Shown: positions 25,868 through 37,415 of the stretch, in pieces
How the letters are laid out: each line of letters starts with the position of its first letter
Position numbering within the stretch: position 1 is the stretch's first letter
Origin: Glaucostegus cemiculus
Lineage: Eukaryota
Length of the DNA: 64,000 nt
NCBI GenBank assembly: GCA_976551045.1
Contig: CDPCPM010000011.1
Location: 8,742,001 to 8,806,000, forward strand
Direction: 5' to 3'
Position numbers and translations under genes: made by a program
Notes under the pieces: generated by a model
What the model was told of the DNA's origin: nothing
The model's input: the letters and a program-made list of their open reading frames with translations, nothing else
Databases searched by the model: none

Positions 25868-26518
25868 TGTTCTGGCTCTTCACTTTACTTTCAGTAACTG
25901 CTCGTTCTGGCTGCACTTCCTGTGACTGATGGTAATTAGTGTGGGGAGAGATCGAATTTTCCACCTGTTTAGCTGGGACTTCTTGATGCTTTGCTGTCTG
26001 AATCTCCACCTTTTTTGGAGATACCTCTGCTGGGGAAGCTCCAAAGCTTTCTGTTCTTCTTGGAATGGATTCCGAGAGCTTGGAGCCCGCAGTCTCCAAT
26101 CTTCTTGAGGAGATTTCCTGAACTTTTGCTCCAGAAATTTCTGTTCTCCTGGGAACTGTTTCAGGAGGCTTGTGGCCTAGCAGTTCCGCCCTTTTAAGGC
26201 CGATCTTTGGGACGCCATGACTCGCACCTTCTACTTGCTTTGAAGAAAGGTCGATAGAAATCTCTGCTCTCCGTGAGACTGGCTCTGGGTGCTTAGTCCC
26301 TGTAATTTCAATTCTCTTGACTGATGACTTTGGTGATTTAGCATTAGGTGTATCTGCCTGTTTCAAGGTCGAATCCGTAAACTTTGCGCCCAAGTCTTGA
26401 TATTTGTGTCCAGATGATGGGCTCGGTCTCAGCAGAGGAGTTGGGATTCGTCTCGAGGGAGTGGAGGGATTTGGGGGTGGCTGATCCACTTCCTCTACCT
26501 CAAATGATCTTTTCAAAG
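25868..26518 (-). CDS. SEPTIN9: Septin-9, large shared N-terminal-extension exon (orthologue of human exon 3), 651 nt, phase 1-1
   Basis: Translation (A)LKRSFEVEEV...TPLLR...EPVSRRAEISIDLSSKQVE...GLKRAELLGHK matches human SEPT9. Polypyrimidine tract plus acceptor catAG at 26520-26519; donor A|GTGAGT at 25867-25862. Confidence 0.97.
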
Positions 26519-26759
26519 CTATGAGTGAGAGAGAAGAGGGAAGAAAAGCACATTAATTGAACTAATATAATTTGTCTAATGCCATTTTCAGCAACGGTGG
26601 CAAACCCACCCTTATAAACATTATTCCAGGATTTGATGGGCTCTCCGGCTAATTCTGTTGCAGTTCAGAAAGTCAATGATTGCTGGAGAAGAGGGGAATG
26701 AGCAGGATTTTCAGTCAAAATTCACCAAAATATTGACAACTGATCCTTATTTATCAGTA

Positions 26760-27316
26760 CAGGTAGTTCTGCTATAACATGCATTTCTATAACACAAATT
26801 GAATGTAACAGGATTGATGAATTAGGGAACACTATTTGGTTTACACGATACAGAGAACCACCTAAGAATTATTTAGAAAATTGACAAGCACGAGAAAAGC
26901 TATCTTGGGTGGGGGGGAGGGGGGGAGGTCTTGGGGAAAATACAAACTGTGTCCACATAACTTCCCTGCAGTGAGCAGACACCATTGTCTCTGGCGTGCT
27001 GCTAGTTTCACCATGGGAGGTCATTGGAAATTGACAAGTAATCACTTCTATTCAAAGGTCTGCAAGGATACTTTATTAAACAATGTAACATTCAGCCTTT
27101 AGTACTAGCTTGCAGTAACAAAGTAAACTTACAGCTGTTAAAAACACCTTTATGTTTGAAAATCCTGTGGGAAAAAATAACTTTGTTATTGTGAGTCCAA
27201 AACTGCCCAGCCCCTAACCCCCTTTTTCCCATTGACACGTTTGTTTTTATAACATGATTTTATATAACACGAGGTTTCTTACGAATACAACTATGGCATT
27301 ATAGCGGAACTACGCA
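26760..27316. mobile_element. Non-autonomous Tc1/mariner-superfamily (Tigger/pogo-like) MITE
   Basis: Terminal inverted repeats CAGGTAGTTCTGCTATAA and TTATAGCGGAACTAC, TA at 26758-59 and 27317-18, and repeated subterminal TATAAC motifs. Confidence 0.75.
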
Positions 27317-28859
27317 TAGTTTCTTGCTCAGGGCTCAATTCCACGAGGAACTAGATTGACAGATTGTCGATTTCATTCAGCCTTTATTTAGACTATGGAG
27401 AGTGAATTTCACCAAATATGCTGTCTTGGGTTCAAACCCCAGGTTTTAGAGTTGAAGCTGCAATTCATTAACAGAATGTCCCAATAAAAAAGACACAATG
27501 ACTTTGAGAGTCTTTCTGTCCCTGTTAAATTAAACCATATCATACAAACATGGGTGATGATCTGTATTGGGTTAGTATCTGTTTTCAAAGTGATTTTTTT
27601 CTTGAAACTGCAACCCTGTTCCATAAATGAATTATCTGCTATTTTAATAAAAATACCAGTCAGCATGATTTATCAATTACTTAACCTGATATGGCAAATG
27701 CACACCAGCAGCAAACAGCAAACTGGCAATGCTTATAATCCTGTTTCTTGTAACTTCCAAATACACATTTTCCTATACACCACTATGACAACTTACATCA
27801 TATTTACAAACCTTTGATGGCCATTATCACCGAGAACTAGTGTTGATACATACATATTTAATCTGTTATGCGTCAACTTGAGTAAAAACAGTCTGGGCAT
27901 CGAATCTTGGCATTAAGTTGATTTGGTCCCCTTATGTCTCTCAGATTTCAGGACTTTAACATCCTCCTGATAATATACCATCATTAATTGCTCTGCAGCC
28001 TCCAGTGCAGGTTCCCAGGCAGTAGCACACCCAAGAGGCACAGAAGTTACCTCTGAGGGATAAGTGGGAGAAACTGTGCAATGGTAGACATGTCACGCAA
28101 GGGGGCATCATTTCATAGAACAACTGGGGTAATAGTAAAGCAAATAATGATCGGCACTGAAGGAGTTAAAAGGTAATACCCTGTGTGAAGGGCAATTTTT
28201 TTTATTGCATTTTCCTTTGGAGAGTGGCAAGAGGTACGTGAAGAAGTTTGGGAAGCTCTGCTCTTACATGCCAAAAGTTCAGGAACAAAAAGCAATAGCA
28301 GTGATAATAAATCACTATGTAGCAAAGACAAAAGATTTAGCAATGTACTGGCAGCAGCTCCTTGGAAGTAAATCAACCCTAGAGCAAAGGGAAGCACTCA
28401 GAAGGGTTAAAGGTAAACATGTGCCCAGAAAGAACATGGGTGGGCGCACCAAACCTACAGCCCCCCCGGATAACAAGGATTATAGAGGATAACACAAGGC
28501 TAAATTATGTATATTTGAGCAGAAAGTCTTGAAGTATGAAAGGGGGAGTAAAATTGAAAAGGGAATTAAGGAAAATGAACAAAAGATAATGAAAAATACC
28601 AGGAAGAAAAATAAGGTATCATTAGGTTTTCTTTCACAAGTATCCAAAGACCACGATGATGACTCAGAAGACGACCAGGGCCTGTTAGGGTCCAGAGTGG
28701 TAGCCTATGCATGGAGCCAGAAGATGTAGTTAAGAATCTTGTTTTGTGATCACAAAATATTGAGAGTATTTTGTGATCACAAAAGAGAATTTGATGTTAA
28801 CCTGTGAAATATTCACTGGGATAATCTCTCCCTTTTTACTTTGTTTAAAGGGCTTAAGC

Positions 28860-30320
28860 ATCTTTGAAAGTGGATACACTACCAGGCCTGGATGAAACTT
28901 ATTGCAGGGTGTTAAGAGAAGGAAGCATCCTTTTTCAAAAGCTCCCTGATCATTGGAGTGGTGCCAGAGAATTGAAGGACAATGATCATATGATTGTCTT
29001 TTTTAAATAAAAAGGTATAAACTACTAAGTGCAGACCAGTTAGTTCATAACTTTGGCAATCAAGAAGTTATTTGCATCAACTCTAAGGGACAGATTAAAC
29101 ATCATTTATTGAAATGAAGATTATTCTGTCTCTCAGAGGGGATTCACAAATTAATCAGGAAGAGACTGCATAGATTTGTTAGGGGAAAGTCCTGTCTAAC
29201 TGAATTGAATTTCTTGAGGATCAACAAGGGCTGTAAATTTGATATAGTCTATGTAAACTTCAGCAAGGCTTTTGACAAATCCCATGGGATCCAAGAGGGT
29301 GGCAAGTTGGATGGGAATTGGCCTTATGGGAGGAAGCCAAGGGTACTGCTTAATGTGCATTTTTGTGACAAGGAAGCAGTTACCAATGGGATTCCACAAG
29401 GCTCAATACTTGGTCCTTTGCTTTTTGTAATATACTTTAATGACAGACTGAAATGTACAAGTGTGGAGATGACAAAAAAAATGGCACCATGGTTGACAGT
29501 GAGGAGTAAAGCTTAAAAGTGCAGGAAGATGTAGGTGGTCTGGTCATTTGGGCAGAAGAGTGGTAAATTAATCCAGAGCTGTGAGAGGCAGTTCATTTGT
29601 GAATATGTAACAAAGCAAGCAAATACACAATGATTGGAAGGACATTGAGTGGTGTGAAGACTGAATAGTACATCCAGAGATCTCAAAGTAACAGAACGAG
29701 TCATTAAGGGTGTTAAAAGAGCACAAAGGCGGATATCCGTTCCTAGTCAAAACACAGAATACAAGAGCTGGAGTTATGCTAGAACTATGTTATGAGTTGG
29801 GCCACAGCTTGAATACATCACACACTTCTGGTCACCACATTGTAAGAAAAATGTTACTGCACTGCAGGGCAGCACAACATGGTGGGCCAAAGGGCATGTA
29901 TTGTGCTGTATTGTTCTATGATTCTATGGCACTGGAGAGGGTGCAGTGGAGATTTACAAGGCTGTTGCCTGATCTGTAAAATTGTACCTTTGAGAAAAGA
30001 TTGGATAAATTTGTGAAGTTTCCTTTGGAACAAAGCAGGTGGAAGAGGACTTAAATTGTATGAGAAGGCTGAAAAGAGTAAACAGGAAGGATCTATTAGG
30101 GATTTAAAATAATTGGTAGAAGGATTACAGGTGAGATGATGAGAGAGAAAAATAAATATGGTGGTAGAGGCAGCAATCTTGGTCACATGAGAAATATTGG
30201 AACATGTCCTTGAAGGGCCATGACCAGCAGGGCTGTGGCCCAAATGCTGGAAGACAGAATTAAACTGGGTAGCTCTTTTCTGATCCAAGACATTTTGGGC
30301 TGAGTAACCTCCTATTGTCC
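28860..30320 (+). mobile_element. CR1 LINE fragment (RT to 3' end) with a nested CR1 tail
   Basis: ORF 29205-29516 gives DIVYVNFSKAFDK...VTNGIPQGSILGPLLFVIYFND; ALERVQWRFTRLLP follows; decayed tail near 30300. Confidence 0.9.
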
Positions 30321-30611
30321 AATCAATGGACTGGATGACGCAGAGTGGGATTGGTAACTGAATCATATGGATGTTGCATGTTTACCTACCTCGCCCACAT
30401 GCAGAAAGGCAATTCTGCAAGCCGAGACCAACCTGGAGCCCAGCAGTAGGGCCCTGAGCAAAGTCTTAGGTGACCCAAGATGAAAGGCTGAGCCAGGACA
30501 AGCCCCATTCATGGACTCTCTCTCAAAACTGACTAATGGCAAAGCTACACTCCCTGGCTTTGCCATCCACTACCGCTGTCAAAGGTTTCCGATTGTTCTA
30601 AATATCCCTGA

Positions 30612-31272
30612 CTAAAATCCTGGGACAAGTGGAACAGATATTAAAACATGCTACATTATTGGTTTCTTTTCTAAAGTACACTTTGTCAAGTGTTGATGTA
30701 AATTGGGCATGGGACTGCCAGGATTTACCCTGCGAGTGCCGGCAAGTTCAGGCATCCCAGGAATACACTCAGGTCCTGGGCTTCACTCCAGAATTCCACC
30801 AGCTGATTCCAAGCTGCACTTCTAAAGCTGGACCATTGAATTGCACAGGGAGTTTATGGCTGTGAGAAAGGCAAGTCACATTTTTTAAAAATTTATCAGT
30901 ATTTGCTGTGTCATTTGTCAATATATGAATGGTATGTTTTTCATGCATATTTACAAAATAAATAAAAAATTATATATTGAAAAATGACACAACAAATGCA
31001 GATAATTAAACAAAAAAAAAGTGACTTGCCTTTCTCACAGCCATAAACTCCCTGTTCAATTCTATGATCCACCTTGGAATCTGCTGGCAGAATTCTGCAT
31101 AGAAGTCCAGGACTTCGGCATCTTCGTGGGATGGCTGAACTTGCTGGCACTCACAGGGTAAACCCTGGCAGTCCCATGCAAAACTTACAGCAACACTTGG
31201 CAAAGGTGCATTTTAGAAAAGAAACCACAATGTGACATCTTTTAATATCTGTTCTATTTGTCCCAAGTTTAG
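30612..31272. repeat. Long inverted repeat (fold-back), ~300-bp arms and ~45-nt loop; probable MITE
   Basis: For example CAGGGAGTTTATGGCTGTGAGAAAGGCAAGTCAC (~30846-30879) is the exact reverse complement of GTGACTTGCCTTTCTCACAGCCATAAACTCCCTG (~31021-31054). Similarity continues to both ends. Confidence 0.92.
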
Positions 31273-31854
31273 AGGCTTTGAAATTCTTTGGGTGGATTTG
31301 CTCCCATCCCAAGATGATTTCAATTGGACTCTCTTTTGCACCAGGGTCTCTTCCCCATCAGCAATTTCCAGTCTGAGCATGGAAAAATCCCGACCAAAGT
31401 TCCCTACTCCTTAAGCTTAGCTGAGACTGTTATCTGTGTTGTCCAATTTTTAAATTAATTCAAAATCTGGACTTGATCCATTAGAATGCTAGTGGCAACA
31501 CCCAGTCTCAGGAACAAAATCTGCACTTTCAGTGTTTTTCACACAAAGACTGCTTTGCACATCAAACCAAATAAGTCAAATGTGCACGCAATATCGAAAA
31601 TTTGCAAAGTTAAAAATAACGTTGCTGCAAGCATAACAGACTCATGCCAAGAGTAGAGGAATTCAAATTACAAGCTGCACTGGAACAACCTGCTAATGTT
31701 TCTTCACTAGCCCCTCCCAAAGTTCTACCACCGAGAGAAACAAAGCTGCCATATGGCTATGCCACCATCTGCAGGCTCTCTTCAGGTTAAACACCACACT
31801 GACTTGAGAACTTATCGATGGACTTTCATCTTTGTTTGGTTCCAAAAATGTAGA

Positions 31855-31992
31855 GGTTAGGAGCTGCGGGCATGCTATGTTGGCGCCAGAAAAGTGGCAA
31901 CACTTGCGGGCTTCCCCCAGCGCATTCTCAGTAACCCCAAAAAAACCCACATTTCACTCTGTGTTTCAATGTACATGTGACTAATAAATATC
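31855..31992 (+). mobile_element. 3' half of the Rex1-tailed V-SINE family (same family as 8375-8660)
   Basis: GGGCATGCTATGTTGGCGCCAGAA...CATTTCACTCTGTGTTTCAATGTACATGTGACTAATAAA aligns to the reverse complement of ~8375-8505. Confidence 0.8.
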
Positions 31993-34900
31993 TTAAAATC
32001 TTGGAGCTTCCAACCTAACAGCGCAGTGGGATATCATCTCAACATGGACCAGTTGAAGACCGTAGCTCACCACCACCTTCCCAGGGACAGATGGGGATGA
32101 ATGAATATTAAACACTGGGCTTATCAATGTCTCAAATGAATAACAAAAAAAATCTAGACTGTCATTGGCTCTTAAGTGGCCTAAATATCTATTCTGCAGT
32201 GGATCTTAAGTACCACCTACATTAATGCCATGCACCCCCACCCCCCAAAATGTCATCATCATGCTAAGATGTTACGTTCCATCATAATCACAGTACTGCC
32301 AGTAGCACCCTAGCACTTTAAATTATGCTACTCTGCTTTACATTTGCAGATAGATGGAAGTCAGAAGCAAAGGAGGAGCCTCATTTCAGCATCTATTCCA
32401 CTTCCAGACCTTGTGGTAGTGAAGCTACTCGTCTTGGCAGGCTGAAGTGAGACACCAGTTAGGAACAAGCAGCTCCTGGAAGTCAGAGGGCTGTACTGAT
32501 GCCAATAATGGAGAAGGTTCCCAGCAAGGTTTTTCCAATTGGGACCATGGTGACCAATAGGCAAGTGGACATTCACTTTGCTTTTTTTTTTCCCCGTTAG
32601 ATTAAGGATATTGTTCCGTTTTTAGATTCTTTAAATAATGACCCTTTGAGGTAAACACAAAAGTATCATTTTGTGATTTCATATTTTCCAATCTGAAAAC
32701 ACCTTGAAATGACAATTGCCATAACAAAATTTGAACAATTTGAAGAAAATTTATTTAAAATAATACAGGTGATGATGGAACATCAAAACCACATGACATT
32801 TTGAATATAAACAGTTCAACCAACCACAGAAGAGTGTTTTGATCACTGTGGTTTTCAGTGCAATAGAGGATAAAGATGGAGTGGAAAGATAAAGACATTA
32901 CTTGATATGCAGGTATAACCACAGTCTATGCACAGAAATGGACTTTGTAATTCTCAAAATTAAAATACTGACAATCATACTAAATGAGAGGTCCTTCCAC
33001 ATAATGATATTTGGCAATATTTCACCTTTCTTGGAGAGGCAGAATATTTTAATCATTCAATAAAACAAAGGGAAAAAAGTTTATTATTTCCACAGAACCT
33101 CACCCTCAAATAATTTCTTTTTCTTTCTCTTAAGCAATGGTTTAGCATTGTAATCTTGGAAACTCAGAAAAGCAAATCAGCTGAAAGGTTAAAATATTTA
33201 TCTGTCCTAACATCTTGAACATTTGGTCCCAACTGCCTGGCCTTGCCTAGGCTATAATCACACTCCTTAAGCAGGGACCATGATGTCCTGTGGAGCGTTA
33301 AGTCATTATTGTCTACAGCTAGAACATTTAATCTGGTTTCCAGACAGATATTTAGTTGCCTGAAAGTGGTTAATAAGATAACAACCCATTTCAATCTGAT
33401 TTTATTGCATTAGGTATTTACAAAATGGAGACTTTTGCCAAACTTTTTCCGTAATGCCAGCACTTCACTGTGTGGGGGTTATTCTAAAAGACAGCAAAAC
33501 GTTCAAGCTTATTGCAAATACAGGGAAGGATGTAACACGAATATTTGGCAGAAAAGTATTTGAAAATTCAATCCTCAAATCAGAGCCAGAAGAAAAAAAA
33601 TTCAGCAATTAAAATAGTGATAATTTAGCATTCCCCCCCCTATTCACACCCAATCACAGCTGTACATAAATTATTCAAGATAAAAATTGTTTGAAAAAGA
33701 CCATGAGGTCAGGTTTAATGTTAAACCAGCTATTGTGCGACCAGTTATATTTTTCTTTGGGTTTATCTATATACCATCAGACCACCCTACAACAACCCAC
33801 TTCCTCCCATTTTTTGTCTATATTTAGCTTTCCATCAGGTCTAGCTTAAAATACCAAAGATTCTAAGAATCAATAACTAAAATAATCAAGATAACAGAAA
33901 TGTGATATCTAATGGAAAAGATGTGCAATCTCTCAGTTGATGACCAAAGAGCAGAATTTTTCTGGCTCAATGCAACCATTCTCTGACCAAACAAAAATGC
34001 CCAGAAAGTGTCATTTGTGCTGTAGTTCTCAAACATTTTAGACTCGTTGGGTGCTACAGTCATTGAGCAGTCACGGGCTCATGATGGGGCTGTTTTAAAT
34101 TACATTTGAGGGTAACTGAGAAAACAATTGCTTTTCCCATCAAATTTCTGCAATTTTCATGCCCATACATGTCTCCCCAAATCCTGAACCATTACTAAAC
34201 TAATAAGATCTCAAATCCCTCACAGTGATAACAGGAATATAACATTTCCACTTGCTCTTTCCAAAGTAATCCCAACTGGCTCACTCAATGACTTACATTG
34301 ACATCTCAGCCATGGTCAAATGCCTATGGCTGAAAGCTAGCTCCTTCAATTCTTTGGAAGTCAGATTTAGAAACATGACAAGATAGAATTGCAACAAATA
34401 AAGATGACAAGAGTTACCAGCAAGGTCGAGTAATTCAACACACAAATCAATAGAAGGAAATGGAATCTATATTATTAGCATGAATGTAAATACTTAAGGC
34501 AGAGAGCAAATCCAGCAGGCATCTTCAAATTTCTAGGAGCGATTCCATGGCTCACATTCAATAGTACACACAGACAACACCCCTTTCAAATACTTGCTGC
34601 ATTCAATTTCAAAATTTGATACAAAAAATATCTTTAAAAGTCAATTATATTCGTAATACTCATCAAGGCTATAAAAACCTACCACACCAAGAGCATACAA
34701 TGCCACCCACACACTCCATTTATTCTGCATACTATCCATGTCTCCTCTATATTATTTTTTCTTCCCTAATCCCAAACTTAGTTCTGTCCTGCCATTTGTA
34801 ATAACATGGTTGCAGTATGGTAAAAAAGGGGACAAATATTAGATATGGGAATAAGATTTTAAAATAAATTAAATGAGCACAAGTAACTGCACTTCCTAAT

Positions 34901-37079
34901 GTAAACAAAAACCCAAGATTACCACCTGCACATATGATATTAATCCTTCTTTATAATCAGAAATGAGTTTCAGAACTTTTCATTTTTGAGCAATTGAGAG
35001 AAACTGTTACCATGCTTCAGGATGCAAATATAACAAGAGATGCTGTATTTCACCGCAATACACTAACAAAATGCTGCATTTAGTACCTGTTACTTCCACA
35101 GGTTACTTCAAGCTTGACTGAACAATCTTTTTAACTAGGCTTGACCAAACTTTCAAAGATTGCAAACTTGTAAACTGTCAAGCAAGACTAACGAGTGTTT
35201 CTCCTGCTAACTCCTCCACGAGAACCAAGATATCCATCGGGATATGATGGCATAGATAACTCACTTTTAAATTAAAATTCCTAAGCAATGGCAGAATAAT
35301 TCCTTTAAAATTGTCCAGAAAATACCAGCAGGAGATGATTATATAGGAGAGATGCCTTTCAGACTCTTGCTTGGGGCTTAAGAGGATATTCACTAATAAA
35401 TTTTGATTCACTGAATTAAATTGCATTTAGTGACGTTGCATTAAAGTAACCTGTGCCACAACACAATATCAAAAGTTCCTGAAATTCTGATGAACACAAA
35501 TAGATATGGCAGCAGCATTTAGGTTGTGGGCCTCCAACAGCAACTTTGTTTTTATTTGTTCAATTCTCAGGGTGTGGGTATCCCTGACAAGGCCAGCATT
35601 TAACACACATCTCTAATTGATCTTTTGAGGAATCCCAAGTATTAGTATCAGAAGCAATCGTCAGTCAACTAGGACTCATGAGGAATACCCGAGGCTTCAG
35701 AGTTCTCCTTGCTCATCCCCTACCCTCCACAGAGCTATGGATGCTCAGTCAATTTAAACAGAAGGTTGAGAGATAGATTTTTGGATTAAAGGGGAAAAAT
35801 GGTTGTGGGGATTGTACAGGAAAATGTCAAGGCCATAGATTAAGTTAGTCATTATTTTATTAAATAGCAAAGATGGCTTAAGGTGCCACACGGTCTACTC
35901 CCGTTCCTATTTCCCCACAATATCCTGCAAGACTAGTACCTAGAGGGAATTATAGTAATTTGGATAGAGCTGATATCTATTTGGTCTCTGATTTTGGCCA
36001 CTTTGAAACAATGGTGGGCCACAAATAGCACACAGGCCCTGCTTATCTACCCCTTCATAATCTGATAACATTGTTTCCATTCTGTTCCTTTCAGTTGTTC
36101 CAGAACTCAGTGCACCTTTCCAGTTTTTGAAGTAAATCTCTCTGCTACTAACCAGCATGTTCCATTAACTTCTACGCTTGGATCTGGAATGCACCAAAAA
36201 AGTTTGTTACTGTTGAAGATAAAGGTCAGTCATTTTACTGAACCATAGTAACCTTTGGACTAGCCTTAACTAAACATTAACATACACAAGAGATATCATA
36301 TGCAACATGGTATTCAGAATCAATCTTAAAACCAATTCAAAAGATTAAAAAATCTCAGACTTCTCACATTTTGGCACTTTTCTGATAGTTAAAAGCAATC
36401 CATTGACTTGAGGTTCTGGCTTATTTTCATACCACTTGATTTTACATGTAAAGGATGTAGGCTGATTTTTATCCAGAGCACTTTAGTTCAATGTCTTACT
36501 TCTGATTTTGGCAGATAATCAGCTGCAATAAAGTATTAAGTTTTGCTGCACAGAGATCAAAGTACCGATATTCACACATTACTTTCTACTGGAATAATTA
36601 AAATAGAACTTTGAATGGGAGACAGGAACTAAAGTGTGAGCAAAATTACAGTCAAGAAAAAAGTGACACAAAGTGATAAATTGGCAAGTCCAGATGGTTG
36701 TTATTGCAAGGTTTGAGGCAGGTGAGATCACTGCAGATGTCCCGACTATAATCCAAAATTGTCCCAAGTTTGAAACCATTCCTTTAGCTTGGAAAAAAAA
36801 AGCAGAACTGCATGTGTTCGTGCACTGTTACTGAAAGCCAAGGGAACCAAAAACATTCTGAACCAACCAGCTTAGCAACTGTTCTCTGGGAAATAAATTT
36901 AGAATTTTCATTGAGTACAGAGACAAAAAACCACCTTGAACATTTCTAGCTGATTGGAGGGAGGCAGCCTACATTGGTGTAACCACGTCTGACAGACCTG
37001 ATTGAATTTTTGATACTTTGTCTGTAATGGTGGACAAGGTATAAATACATGAACTTCCAAAGAGCATTTGATATCAATG

Positions 37080-37415
37080 GGGTGAAACAGTGCTACAGCT
37101 GGTAGAGCTGCTGCTTTGCAGCTTTGGTGACAGTTTAATTCTGACCTCTGGTGTTGTCTGTGTGGAGTTTGCACGTTCTCCTTATGACCATGTGGGTTTC
37201 CTCTAATATCCCAAAAACGTGCAGGTTGATACATTAATTGGGCTACAGTAAACTGTCCCTAATGCATTAGTGAATAGTGGAATCTGAGGGAAGTTGATGG
37301 GATCGTGGGAAGAATAAAATAGCATTACTGTCGGATAGGTGGATGTGGGCATTTGATGGTTGGCATGGATTTGGTGGGCTGAAGGGTCTGTTTCCATGCT
37401 GTCTGACTCTATGAC
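37080..37415 (+). mobile_element. HE1-like V-SINE
   Basis: Head, V-domain TGTCTGTGTGGAGTTTGCACGTTCTCC and tail GGGCTGAAGGGTCTGTTTCCATGCTG...CTCTATGA. Confidence 0.85.

Noticed and set aside
25860-26516. ORF-track call as a standalone 218-aa protein starting at TTG
   Set aside because: It is an internal exon bounded by AG and GT. The TTG is Leu and the stop lies in the intron.
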